55,879 nt of DNA. Origin: a virus. Its lineage: Duplodnaviria; Caudoviricetes. The stretch is taken from positions 1 through 55,879 of the IMG/VR virus record IMGVR_UViG_3300036761_000980; one strand, 5' to 3'. Positions within the stretch are counted from its first letter, which is position 1; every line of letters begins with the position of its first letter. The notes under the pieces are model-generated. The model did not search any database and had not been told where the DNA came from. It worked only from the letters and a program-made list of their open reading frames with translations. Positions 10,477 through 19,739 of the stretch are shown one piece after another. Made by a program: the position numbers and the translations under genes.

Positions 10477-10483
10477 TGCCATT

Positions 10484-11425
10484 ATGATCGAATCCATGGT
10501 AGAATATGAACCGATAATTGATATACTTGAAGATATTTTCGGGAATTTTAAGAGTCATAACGAATCCGCAGGTCAACTAAGCGTAGATTGTCCTGTGTGT
10601 TCTTATGAAATAAAAGGTCTTGATAAAGGAGACGGTAAAGGAAATCTCGAAATAAATTACCATCAAGGGATATATCACTGCTGGTCATGTGGAGAAACCC
10701 ACGACACGCATGGAAGATTACATTGGTTAATAAAAAAATACGGATCACGCCAACAGCTCAAGAAATTCGATTTATTAATGCCTGAAGAACCAGGTGAAGT
10801 ACAAAAGAAAATATATGAGAGAGTAAGATTACCAAAAGAAAATATTTTATTTGAAACAGCAAGTGCAGGAATAAAATTAACCCATCATTATAAAAAGGCA
10901 TACAATTATCTCAAACAACGAAATGTAACTGATGAGATGATTAAAAGATATAGGATCGGTTTTTGTTATCAAGGTAAATACGCTAATAGAATCATTATTC
11001 CATCATATGATGCGGATGAAATTTTAAATTATTTCGTTGCCAGATCATACTTACCGAATTCTTATAGGAAATATGATAATCCTAAAGCAGAAAAACAAAT
11101 AATAATTTTTAATGAATATCTCATCAATTGGAGCGAGCCAATATACCTGGTGGAAGGGCCCTTCGATAGTATATTTGTTCCTAATTCAATCCCAATGTTA
11201 GGTAAAAAGTTAAGTGATTTGTTATTTGACAGATTATATGAAAGGGCGAAGAAAATTATTATTGTTCTCGATGGGGACGCCCATGAAGACGCAAAAAAAC
11301 TATATTATAGATTAGATGGAGGGAGATTGTTTAATAAAATTTGGATAACTAAACTTCCAGTAGATAAAGACATAGCCGACCTCTGCGGGGATTTAACAGA
11401 ATATCCGCCATATCAATTTAATTAA
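10484..11425 (+). CDS. DNA primase (Zn finger + TOPRIM)
   Basis: CPVC...HCWSC zinc finger, RIIIP, KY.NP, LVEG.FD and LDGD motifs. The track start at 10415 lies inside the terminator, so ATG 10484 (or 10496) is preferred. Confidence 0.9.
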   Translation: MIESMVEYEPIIDILEDIFGNFKSHNESAGQLSVDCPVCSYEIKGLDKGDGKGNLEINYHQGIYHCWSCGETHDTHGRLHWLIKKYGSRQQLKKFDLLMPEEPGEVQKKIYERVRLPKENILFETASAGIKLTHHYKKAYNYLKQRNVTDEMIKRYRIGFCYQGKYANRIIIPSYDADEILNYFVARSYLPNSYRKYDNPKAEKQIIIFNEYLINWSEPIYLVEGPFDSIFVPNSIPMLGKKLSDLLFDRLYERAKKIIIVLDGDAHEDAKKLYYRLDGGRLFNKIWITKLPVDKDIADLCGDLTEYPPYQFN

Positions 11426-11527
11426 TTATTATGACAATGAAAAACTACAAAGAATTAATGAACGAAAGATATGATTTATATTTTTCTCTAAGATTTCGTC
11501 CCGAACAAAGAAATTAATTATATAACA

Positions 11528-11710
11528 ATGGAAACAGCAAAAGAATTAGCTTTTAAAGCGTGGAGAGACGCAACAGAAGGTAAAATACCAACCAAGGAGC
11601 ATTTTGAAAACTGGTGGTCTCAATGGGTTTATGTTAAAGATCATAAAGATAGTTTAGAACCGAAGCATAATGTTTATGTTGATGGCCATCGATATATAAA
11701 ATTAGATTAA
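11528..11710 (+). CDS. Hypothetical protein
   Basis: 60-aa ORF with ATG and A-rich leader. Confidence 0.6.
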   Translation: METAKELAFKAWRDATEGKIPTKEHFENWWSQWVYVKDHKDSLEPKHNVYVDGHRYIKLD

Positions 11711-11721
11711 TAAAATATAAA

Positions 11722-11880
11722 ATGGAAACGAACTTAAAATTTAGAGTGTATTATGATGACAGTATTGATAATGTGATTATCGATATTGCAAAAAGATTAG
11801 AACAATTTGGATTAAGAATAAAATGGATTCAAGCCGAAAATGACGGCTTTGATGACTACGAGATAGAAAAAATAGAATAA
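11722..11880 (+). CDS. Hypothetical protein (52 aa, not in ORF track)
   Basis: Manual translation METNLKFRVYYDDSIDNVIIDIAKRLEQFGLRIKWIQAENDGFDDYEIEKIE. Confidence 0.6.
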   Translation: METNLKFRVYYDDSIDNVIIDIAKRLEQFGLRIKWIQAENDGFDDYEIEKIE

Positions 11881-11901
11881 AAGTAGTAAAATTACTACTT
11901 T
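11880..11901. promoter_or_regulatory. Inverted repeat, candidate operator upstream of RHH-HNH cassette 2
   Basis: AAAGTAGTAA-aa-TTACTACTTT, perfect 10-bp arms, 14 nt upstream of ATATTTAT. Confidence 0.55.
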
Positions 11902-11928
11902 AAAGAAAAAGATAGATATTTATATAAT

Positions 11929-12090
11929 ATGGGAAGAATTAAGATTGATGATAGAAAAAAGAAACGGAAAATTTCGGTTTCAATAGATCCTGAAATTATT
12001 GTTTTGTTAAAAGAAAAATCTATTAACACATCTTCTCTAATAAATAAACTATTAAAGAAGTATATTGAAAATGGAAACAAAAATTTGTAA
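11929..12090 (+). CDS. Small CcdA-like ribbon-helix-helix protein (53 aa, not in ORF track)
   Basis: MGRIKIDDRKKKRKISVSIDPEIIVLLKEKSINTSSLINKLLKKYIENGNKNL; resembles the CcdA N-terminal pattern; overlaps the HNH start. Confidence 0.82.
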   Translation: MGRIKIDDRKKKRKISVSIDPEIIVLLKEKSINTSSLINKLLKKYIENGNKNL

Positions 12091-12949
12091 TAAATGTGGA
12101 AACAAAAAAGAAATTATAGAGTTTAAGAAAGATACGAGAAATAATGACGGATATGGTAGAATTTGTAAAAAGTGTCATAATATTGAAAGTAAATTGTACA
12201 GAGAAAAAAATCGTAAAGAAATTTTAGAAAAACAAAAAGAACATTATCATAAAAATATTGAAAAATCAAGAGAAAAATCAAGGTTTTATTATCAAAAAAA
12301 TCCCGAAACTAAAAAGAAATATGTTGACAAAAATAGAAGCATAATAAATAAACAAGTATCAAAATGGAAAAAAGAAAATTTAGAAAAAGTTTCAGAATAT
12401 TCAAAAAAATCTTATAGAAAAAATATTGAACACAAGAAAGAGTATATTAATAAGAATCGTCAGGAAATAAATAAAAGAAATACGAGGTGGAGAAAAAATA
12501 ATAAAGAAAAGATACAAAAATTAGGAAAAAAATATCGTGAAGAACATAAAGAATATATAAAAAATTATAATCTACAAAATAAAGAAAAAATTAACGAACA
12601 AAAGCGAATAAAACGAAATAAAAGATTAATAAATGATCCTCTTTATAAATTGACAAGAAATATCAGATGTCGAATTTATATGTTTTTTAAAAAAAGGAAT
12701 ATTACAAAAAGAAATAAAACGTTTGAAATTGTAGGATGTACGCCACAAGAATTACGAAATCATATAGAAAATCAATTTACCGAAGGAATGAACTGGAATA
12801 ATTATGGGGTCTATGGCTGGCATGTGGATCATAGAATTCCGTTAGATGCAGGAAAAAATGAAGAAGAAATTTATAAATTATGTCATCATAAAAATTTACA
12901 GCCTTTATGGGCAAACGAGAACTTAAAAAAGTCAAATAAAATATTATAA
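12071..12949 (+). CDS. Free-standing HNH endonuclease with N-terminal Zn ribbon and helical repeats
   Basis: CNKC...CKKC; C-terminal MNWNNYG..WHVDHRIP...CHHKNLQPLWA.EN..K; paralogous to 9097..10128. ATG 12071 preferred over TTG 12065. Confidence 0.85.
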   Translation: METKICNKCGNKKEIIEFKKDTRNNDGYGRICKKCHNIESKLYREKNRKEILEKQKEHYHKNIEKSREKSRFYYQKNPETKKKYVDKNRSIINKQVSKWKKENLEKVSEYSKKSYRKNIEHKKEYINKNRQEINKRNTRWRKNNKEKIQKLGKKYREEHKEYIKNYNLQNKEKINEQKRIKRNKRLINDPLYKLTRNIRCRIYMFFKKRNITKRNKTFEIVGCTPQELRNHIENQFTEGMNWNNYGVYGWHVDHRIPLDAGKNEEEIYKLCHHKNLQPLWANENLKKSNKIL

Positions 12950-12950
12950 A

Positions 12951-13805
12951 ATGGAATTAAAAGAAATATCGAAAGAAATCAAAACGATTTTAGAAGAAAA
13001 CCGAAGACAACATCGGATAAGCTTCGTAGAAGCCAAACATATTTACTATATGATGGATTCGGAGGGCAAAATGAGAAGTGGATTTCCTTCCGTATCTAAA
13101 GTAATTAAGAATTTTTTCAAGCCATTCGATGCTCAAGGAATATCGATGAAAATGGCCAAAGGCGATCCGGAAGTACAGAAACAATTATTAGCAGAGTGGG
13201 CTCAGTCTGGAAAGGATTCCGTTAATCTTGGTAGTAGGGTTCACTATGAGTTAGAAAAATATATAATTGATCAATATGGTAACTATAAAGAAGTTAGACA
13301 GCCCGAATTCGTTATCACCGAAGAACAGAGAATAAAAAGCGATAAGATGATTCAAGCTGGAAAAGATTTTATTAAATTGATGCATGATAGAGGGGGTGTT
13401 CTTCTTGATACAGAAGCCACACTAGGAAATCCAGAAGAAGGATTCGTTGGGTCCCCTGATAATATATGGTTAATGATGAATAAAGATCAGTCGGATTTTG
13501 GGTTTGTGATAACCGATCATAAGAGTGGACAGCCAAAAAACTTTGAAGTATTTCCTTATACAGGTAAACTTTATAGCCCTTTCGAACAATTCCACGATAA
13601 CACATTGGGGCACTATTATTTACAAATACCATTATATGGCAGACTACTAATTAAGATGTTGAAAGGTTCAAAATATGAGGATAAGAAATTTCTTGGAGGA
13701 GTAATTGCTTTAATGAAAGAAGACGCCACCTTTGCTGAGTATAAGGTGCCGCAACCAATCACATCAACAATATTAACAATGGATTTAAAACCTTTTTTAA
13801 AATAA
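12951..13805 (+). CDS. PD-(D/E)XK exonuclease (RecB/Cas4-like, no Fe-S cysteines)
   Basis: PSVS, GS.VH..LE, E...G.PD...ITDHKS, Y.LQ..LY motifs. Confidence 0.8.
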   Translation: MELKEISKEIKTILEENRRQHRISFVEAKHIYYMMDSEGKMRSGFPSVSKVIKNFFKPFDAQGISMKMAKGDPEVQKQLLAEWAQSGKDSVNLGSRVHYELEKYIIDQYGNYKEVRQPEFVITEEQRIKSDKMIQAGKDFIKLMHDRGGVLLDTEATLGNPEEGFVGSPDNIWLMMNKDQSDFGFVITDHKSGQPKNFEVFPYTGKLYSPFEQFHDNTLGHYYLQIPLYGRLLIKMLKGSKYEDKKFLGGVIALMKEDATFAEYKVPQPITSTILTMDLKPFLK

Positions 13806-13808
13806 AAT

Positions 13809-14630
13809 ATGATACGAAAACTAGTCCATATTTCCGATATCCACATCCATACAACTCAGTATCATGATCTATATAGAAAGCAATTCGAATTACTTTTAGA
13901 TCAACTGAATGATGAGTTTTATGGTGGGGGTGATAATGAGGATTTACACGCCTTCGACTTTAGAATTGTAATTACAGGTGATATCTTTCATCAGAAGATC
14001 AACATCTCCAATGAACAGCTTATGTTGGCAAGTTGGTTTATTGATCGATTAACTGATATAGGCCGAGTTGTTATCATTCCTGGTAACCATGATTTCTTGG
14101 AAAATAATATGGAACGATTGGATAGTATAACGCCAGTCGTGGAATTATTGAATAAGCCTGGTGAAGTACATTATTATAAAGATAGTGGAGTGTATCAGGA
14201 TGAAAACATAAATTGGGTTGTTTATTCATTATATCAACATAATGTGAGACCTGAATTCAAAAAGGAAGATGGGTTTTATGTTGGATTATTTCACGGGCCA
14301 ATTCAGGGGATGTCAACCGATTTGGGATTTACATTTGATGATGCATATGACAGAATGAATTTTGTAGATCTCAATCTTTTACTAGCGGGAGATATACATA
14401 AACGCCAAACTTTTAAATTACCTAATGGTGGTGATGCAGTTATGATAGGTTCATTTTTACAAAATAATTTTGGAGAGGATGTTAAACATCACGGATACGG
14501 GATCTTCGATATGGAAACCAAAAAATACACATTCCATGATTTACCAAATGATCAACCATTTTTACATTATAGAATAAATGACATTAAAGACATTGAAACC
14601 GAAAGCGAACAACTCGTTAATCTTGGATGA
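13809..14630 (+). CDS. Mre11/SbcD/T4 gp47-like metallophosphoesterase nuclease subunit
   Basis: DIH, GDIFH, GNHD, FHG and GDIH motifs. Confidence 0.9.
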   Translation: MIRKLVHISDIHIHTTQYHDLYRKQFELLLDQLNDEFYGGGDNEDLHAFDFRIVITGDIFHQKINISNEQLMLASWFIDRLTDIGRVVIIPGNHDFLENNMERLDSITPVVELLNKPGEVHYYKDSGVYQDENINWVVYSLYQHNVRPEFKKEDGFYVGLFHGPIQGMSTDLGFTFDDAYDRMNFVDLNLLLAGDIHKRQTFKLPNGGDAVMIGSFLQNNFGEDVKHHGYGIFDMETKKYTFHDLPNDQPFLHYRINDIKDIETESEQLVNLG

Positions 14631-14946
14631 TGAGTTTCTTCAATATTGTGAATTAAATAATATTGAGGATATTCAGAAGTTGGCGAAAGAAACTTTTAAA
14701 AAGGGATTTGATTTACTGAAGTACGGAGATATGCCAGTAAATAGATTAACGCCTTCAGATAAGATTGAGAAAAAGCCCGCAAAATCTGAGTATATTGAGA
14801 AAGAAGATGTTGTTATTAAGGAAACAAAATCTGATCCTATTGTTTTTTCGCATCCAAGTTCAATATTACCAATGGAGGAGATTAAAAAAGAAATAAAACA
14901 GAAAATTGATAAGATAGTGGAAAAAAGTAACCTTTATGATGAGTAA
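14578..14946 (+). CDS. Hypothetical protein
   Basis: 122-aa ORF overlapping the gp47-like gene; start uncertain. Confidence 0.6.
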   Translation: MTLKTLKPKANNSLILDDEFLQYCELNNIEDIQKLAKETFKKGFDLLKYGDMPVNRLTPSDKIEKKPAKSEYIEKEDVVIKETKSDPIVFSHPSSILPMEEIKKEIKQKIDKIVEKSNLYDE

Positions 14947-15006
14947 AGTGGAAAATAATTTCTTTTTCTGAATTTTTTTACTTATTATTGGAAAATAATC
15001 TTCCAT

Positions 15007-15249
15007 ATGGACGAATTAGAAAAACTTAAAGAGGAAAACGAAGATCTGAAAACAAAGTTAACAGATTTATTATTCGAAATGAACTATAATAAACAAACTG
15101 AGCTTATTGAATTTCTCAGGGAGATATATGATAGTGTCATAATGGAAATGGAAGAAATAGATATATCATCTAGGGATGAGATCCTTTTTAGTTTGAAGAA
15201 AAATATTGAAGAATTTGCTAAAAATAATAAAATCAATATAAATGGATAA
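15007..15249 (+). CDS. Hypothetical acidic coiled-coil protein
   Basis: 80-aa ORF in an operon-like array. Confidence 0.6.
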   Translation: MDELEKLKEENEDLKTKLTDLLFEMNYNKQTELIEFLREIYDSVIMEMEEIDISSRDEILFSLKKNIEEFAKNNKINING

Positions 15250-15550
15250 ATTAATTTTATGGATGTTGATGGCATATGGAATGTCAACAATTATTGTTTA
15301 CGGACATATATTCGATAGACCTCGTGATTGGGTGATTAGTAAATCATCTTTTTGGGGGTCATTTTTTACATGTATGTTATGTATTCCAGTATGGTGTGGA
15401 TTTTTCTTATCATTTGCGTTGGGTGGGCTCACCAATGCTTATTTTGACACTGGCAACTTTACATTCTTCTTTGATGGGATGTTTACCGCTGGGTCAGTTT
15501 GGGCCATAAACGCTTTCGTCGAGTTCTTCGAGGAAAGTAGAATTAAATAA
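15242..15550 (+). CDS. Small membrane protein, DUF1360-like
   Basis: Three hydrophobic segments; IF..PR..and C..C...W pattern. Confidence 0.55.
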   Translation: MDKLILWMLMAYGMSTIIVYGHIFDRPRDWVISKSSFWGSFFTCMLCIPVWCGFFLSFALGGLTNAYFDTGNFTFFFDGMFTAGSVWAINAFVEFFEESRIK

Positions 15551-15556
15551 TTAAAA

Positions 15557-16282
15557 ATGAATTTATTTGAAGATTGGAAGTACGAATACAGAGATTTGCC
15601 TAATGAAAGTTTTGATGATTATGTGATCAAAAAAAAGGTTGTAGAAATTGCTCCACAGTTGTTGGGACTTAATTTAAAAATAAATGAAAATCATAACGGA
15701 AAGGGAATAGATTTAATATGTGTTGATAATCCCGAAATTGGTGTGGAAGTTGAGCGTGGAGGATGGTTTGGTGATTTTTGGAAAGATTTGTATTATAGTA
15801 CCGAAGTTATGAAATGGGGATTTTCGACACTTAATATGCCAGACCGAAAATTAAGATATTGGATGGAACGATATCTATGGAGAAAACAAATGATAGAAAA
15901 TCCTGGATTCAGAAATACAATTTTCATAAGATCGAGCTGGGAATTATATCAAATGAATGTTGTACGGCCAGAAACAGTCCTTAATCCTGACAAAATTTTT
16001 CGAAAAAGAGAAAAAGTAAAAAATAATACAAAAATAGAAGGATGGGTATCATTTAAACATGAGGATGTTGAGACATTTAATTTATATAACGATTTATACA
16101 TTTTAGAATCTGAAGAAAATGGTGAATATCCTGCGTTATCAGAAGAGCGAAGACGAGAGTTAGAAATCGAAAAAAGTGAAGTAGATGAATTAGTGCAAGC
16201 TGAGAAGCGTAAAAGAGCGACAGAAAGATTAAAAGAATTACATAAACAAAAAAATAAAGATGAAGATGAAAGTAAAAATTAA
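15557..16282 (+). CDS. Hypothetical protein, possible PD-(D/E)XK-fold nuclease
   Basis: GIDLIC...GVEVE pattern; charged C-terminal helix. Confidence 0.45.
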   Translation: MNLFEDWKYEYRDLPNESFDDYVIKKKVVEIAPQLLGLNLKINENHNGKGIDLICVDNPEIGVEVERGGWFGDFWKDLYYSTEVMKWGFSTLNMPDRKLRYWMERYLWRKQMIENPGFRNTIFIRSSWELYQMNVVRPETVLNPDKIFRKREKVKNNTKIEGWVSFKHEDVETFNLYNDLYILESEENGEYPALSEERRRELEIEKSEVDELVQAEKRKRATERLKELHKQKNKDEDESKN

Positions 16283-16523
16283 CGGGAAGATTTTCACTGC
16301 CAAGCAGGTGGAAATCAATAATATCAAAAAATTGAGAATAAAAAGGGATTTAGATGACTTTGATATTTTATTTTTCAAAGAATGGATGATGATGAAAACA
16401 GATTATAAAGAAGATATTCCGTTCATATCTAAACTATCACGAGGAAAACTAATAGACTGCTTTCCATGTGATCTTGGCGAAAATTATGTTCTATTAGTTC
16501 ACAATGATATTAAAGAAATATAA
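16260..16523 (+). CDS. Hypothetical protein
   Basis: 87-aa ORF overlapping the previous gene. Confidence 0.55.
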   Translation: MKMKVKINGKIFTAKQVEINNIKKLRIKRDLDDFDILFFKEWMMMKTDYKEDIPFISKLSRGKLIDCFPCDLGENYVLLVHNDIKEI

Positions 16524-16525
16524 AA

Positions 16526-18868
16526 ATGAATTACAAAAATCCCTTCATCAAGGTCGAATGGGAAGACACGCCCGAGAATTTGACTCAGGAAAGAATTAAG
16601 CGAGTAAAAGAATATTTCAAAAAGAAGTATAATGCTGCCGATGTAAAAATTGTCACGAAAGTCGCCAGTAATAATTCTAATACTAAGTTGAAGTCATTGG
16701 ATGTGAGTGATAATATAACAGATCCTCAGTATCAAAAAAATCTGGTTAAAGATTTTATTACGGAGAACAAAATTGATATTAAATGGGAAATGATTGACCG
16801 TCTTGATAATAAGATCAATGGCGAGATAGATAAATTGGCGCAGAATAAAGTTCGTTATAATAAATGGTATATTAAGAAAATCGAATTTTCAAATTTTCTT
16901 TCGTTTGGTGATGATAATGTTCTTGATATAGATAAACTCGAAGGTGTGACAACTATTGAAGGAAATCCGAAAAACTTCTCAGGAAAATCTACCGTATCTA
17001 CAGATTTACTTATGTATCTGTTCTTTAACTCAACAACAAAGGGTAAAACCGCTCTTGAGGTCTTTAATAAATTCAGAGATTGTGATGTGGTAAAAGTTAA
17101 AGGATATATTGTAATTGATGAGGGAGAATATATTATTGAAAGAACGATCACGAGAAAGAAAAGTAAAACTGGGGAATTTTCCACAAAGAGTGAATTGGAG
17201 TTCTATAAAATGTCAGCGGATGGTAATCCTATTAATTTGGCAGGTGAGCAAAGAAGAGAAACCGAAGTATTTATTACTTCAGCAATTGGAACTGAAGAAG
17301 ATTTCCTGGCGACTATTTTAACTACAGGGCGCAATCTTGAAGATATGATTGAATTCAAGCCAACGGCAAGAGGAGCAATCTTAACAAGATTTATGGGATT
17401 AGAAAGTTTAAAGGTAAAAAAAGAGGCGTGTAAAACTATGTATAATGAGTGGAGTAAAAAACTCGTCTCAAATACCTATAATATAGTACAATTGACGACT
17501 GACAATGAGAATCACAACAATTACATCGACGATGCAAGCGTGCAGATAGTGAAACTTGGAAATGATTTAGAAAATTATGATGCGACATTAAAAGAATTAG
17601 AAACAAAACGCGATACTGCTCTACAATCAAAAAACAATGATATTGATAAGGAACTAATTAATACAAATCCAACTTTACTGAAGAGAGAAATAGATGAATT
17701 AAAAAATAAACAAACCGTTAGTAAAACGCAGGCCGAAGCAATTAAAGTTATTGAACCGTCGAAATATTATTCAGAAGACGATCATGAAAAATTAAAAAAA
17801 GAAATAAATGATGCGATTTTTAACGATAAATTAAATTCAGATTCTATTACAAGAAATGAAAATATTGTAAAGCAATTAGAGACTGGAAGTGTGTGCCCTA
17901 CATGTAAAAGGCCATTGGCGGATGTTGATCATTCTAAAGAAATATCCGAAGGTAAAACCCTTATTCAATCTTTATATGCGATCAATCTTGAAAATAAAAC
18001 GAAGATTGAGTCGTTAAAAGAGAATGAATTAGTATTTAGTAAATTAAAAACTGAATATGATGAATATGAAAGAAACAAACTCCGGAAAGCAAAATATGAA
18101 TTAGAGGTTGAACAGAAACAACTCGAAATTGATCGTAGTCAGACCAGGTTAAATAATTATGATAACAATAAACTTAAGCTCGAGCATAATCAGAAAATTG
18201 ATGGTGAGATAATTATATTGAAGACCAAAATTGACACTATTAATGCAAATATTCGAATTACAACAGCAAGTATCGAAAAATATAAAACTGAAATTATTAA
18301 TGTGAAGGAAAAGATTAAACTAAACCTTGAGTTAATTAAGAAGATTAAATCTGAAGAAGAATTAATATCAGTTTTCAAAGTTTATTTGATGATCTTTGGT
18401 AAAAATGGTATTTCAAAGGTTATTTTGAGGAATATGATGCCGCTTTTGAATCAGGAGTTACATAGACTCCTTGCCGATAGTTGTAATTTCACCGTAGAAT
18501 TGAATATAAACGACAAAAACGAGCTGGAGTTCCTGATGATAGATAACGAAACAAGGATCGTTAAACCTCTTAATAGTGGGTCTGGTTACGAAAAAACAAT
18601 TGCATCTCTAGCAATCCGTAGCGTTTTGACAAAAGTGTCGTCTTTACCAAAACCGAATATTGTTGTTATGGATGAAATTTTTAAAGGTGTAGCAGATGAG
18701 AACCTTGAGTTAATTGGGGAATTTTTCAAAAAAATTAAAAACTATTTCGAACATATTTTTGTTATTTCCCATAACCCCTTAATTCGTAACTGGTCGGATA
18801 ATTTGATAATGGTTAAAAAAGATGACAATGTGTCTTCTATTGAATCAGTAACAATGAAAATTTCGTGA
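16526..18868 (+). CDS. Rad50/SbcC/T4 gp46-like ATPase subunit
   Basis: NFLSFG, Walker A-like NFSGKST, CPTC zinc hook within coiled coil, SGYEK signature, VVMDE Walker B, ISH H-loop. Confidence 0.92.
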   Translation: MNYKNPFIKVEWEDTPENLTQERIKRVKEYFKKKYNAADVKIVTKVASNNSNTKLKSLDVSDNITDPQYQKNLVKDFITENKIDIKWEMIDRLDNKINGEIDKLAQNKVRYNKWYIKKIEFSNFLSFGDDNVLDIDKLEGVTTIEGNPKNFSGKSTVSTDLLMYLFFNSTTKGKTALEVFNKFRDCDVVKVKGYIVIDEGEYIIERTITRKKSKTGEFSTKSELEFYKMSADGNPINLAGEQRRETEVFITSAIGTEEDFLATILTTGRNLEDMIEFKPTARGAILTRFMGLESLKVKKEACKTMYNEWSKKLVSNTYNIVQLTTDNENHNNYIDDASVQIVKLGNDLENYDATLKELETKRDTALQSKNNDIDKELINTNPTLLKREIDELKNKQTVSKTQAEAIKVIEPSKYYSEDDHEKLKKEINDAIFNDKLNSDSITRNENIVKQLETGSVCPTCKRPLADVDHSKEISEGKTLIQSLYAINLENKTKIESLKENELVFSKLKTEYDEYERNKLRKAKYELEVEQKQLEIDRSQTRLNNYDNNKLKLEHNQKIDGEIIILKTKIDTINANIRITTASIEKYKTEIINVKEKIKLNLELIKKIKSEEELISVFKVYLMIFGKNGISKVILRNMMPLLNQELHRLLADSCNFTVELNINDKNELEFLMIDNETRIVKPLNSGSGYEKTIASLAIRSVLTKVSSLPKPNIVVMDEIFKGVADENLELIGEFFKKIKNYFEHIFVISHNPLIRNWSDNLIMVKKDDNVSSIESVTMKIS

Positions 18869-18895
18869 TTCTTTAGAAAAACGAAATTTTTGTAT

Positions 18896-18903
18896 TATAT
18901 TTG
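18896..18903 (+). promoter_or_regulatory. Bacteroidota-type -7 element upstream of the sigma factor
   Basis: TATATTTG in the intergenic gap. Confidence 0.55.
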
Positions 18904-18929
18904 TATAAATTAAATTTAAATATATATCT

Positions 18930-19739
18930 ATGCAGAAATCAAGAATCGTTAATTCAGATGAGGTTCAAAATTATTTAAAAGATTTAAAGAAAATTCCAGT
19001 AATCACACATGAAAGACAAGATGAGATTTTTAAACAACTAAAAGACAAGAACATAACGGAAAAAGAAAAAGAAAAAATATACAACGAATTAGTTGTGGGA
19101 AATTTAAGGTTTGTGGTCTCAATAGCGAAGCAATATCAGGCTCAAGGACTCGATTTATTGGATTTAATTTCTGAAGGTAATATCGGATTGCTTAAGTCCG
19201 TCGATAGGTTCGATCCATCAAGTGGTTTAAAGTTTATTTCATATGCTGTGTGGTGGATTAAACAATCTATAATGGCTTCATTAAATGAAAATTCAAGAAC
19301 TATTCGTATACCCTCTAATTTAATACAGGAGTCTCAAAAAACGCATAAGAAAGACGATTGTAGTGGATATAGCGATAATATAAATACAAATGTATCTGAA
19401 GTATCCTATACATTGCCATATTGTGTTCATCTGAATCAAGAAATAAATGAAGAAGGCGACGAGTTAATTGATATCATCAGGGACCCAAATGAACACAATC
19501 CTGAAGATGTGTTTATCTCTTCAGACGAAATTAAAAAAAGAGTTTCAGCGATATTAAGCGTCTTGGATGAAAGAGAAAAAATTATAATTGAGAAATATTT
19601 TGGATTAAATGGATCACAATCCAATTTGGATGATCTTGGTGAAGAATTTCAATGTACTAAAGAGAGAATCAGACAATTAAAGGATAAAAGTTTAAAAAAA
19701 TTACGTAACGAGAGTTATTCACTTTTAAAATATTTATAA
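18930..19739 (+). CDS. Phage-encoded RpoD/RpoS-like sigma-70 factor
   Basis: NLRFVVSIAKQY, DLISEGNIGL, KFISYAVWWIKQ, RTIRIP (region 2) and TKERIRQL (region 4 HTH); no region 1.1. Confidence 0.93.
   Translation: MQKSRIVNSDEVQNYLKDLKKIPVITHERQDEIFKQLKDKNITEKEKEKIYNELVVGNLRFVVSIAKQYQAQGLDLLDLISEGNIGLLKSVDRFDPSSGLKFISYAVWWIKQSIMASLNENSRTIRIPSNLIQESQKTHKKDDCSGYSDNINTNVSEVSYTLPYCVHLNQEINEEGDELIDIIRDPNEHNPEDVFISSDEIKKRVSAILSVLDEREKIIIEKYFGLNGSQSNLDDLGEEFQCTKERIRQLKDKSLKKLRNESYSLLKYL

Noticed and set aside
11431-11517. 28-aa ORF after primase
   Set aside because: Too short and featureless to support.
9097-12949. Group I introns, inteins or guide-RNA loci (HEARO/OMEGA-like) around the HNH genes
   Set aside because: Flanking genes are intact, gaps are very short and AT-rich, and no conserved structured RNA was evident by eye; a covariance-model search would be needed to exclude it fully.
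12951-13805. Cas4 / CRISPR adaptation gene
   Set aside because: Lacks the four Fe-S cysteines; no array; sits in a replication operon.
14949-14999. 11-bp direct repeat TGGAAAATAAT
   Set aside because: AT-rich, only two copies, no associated element.
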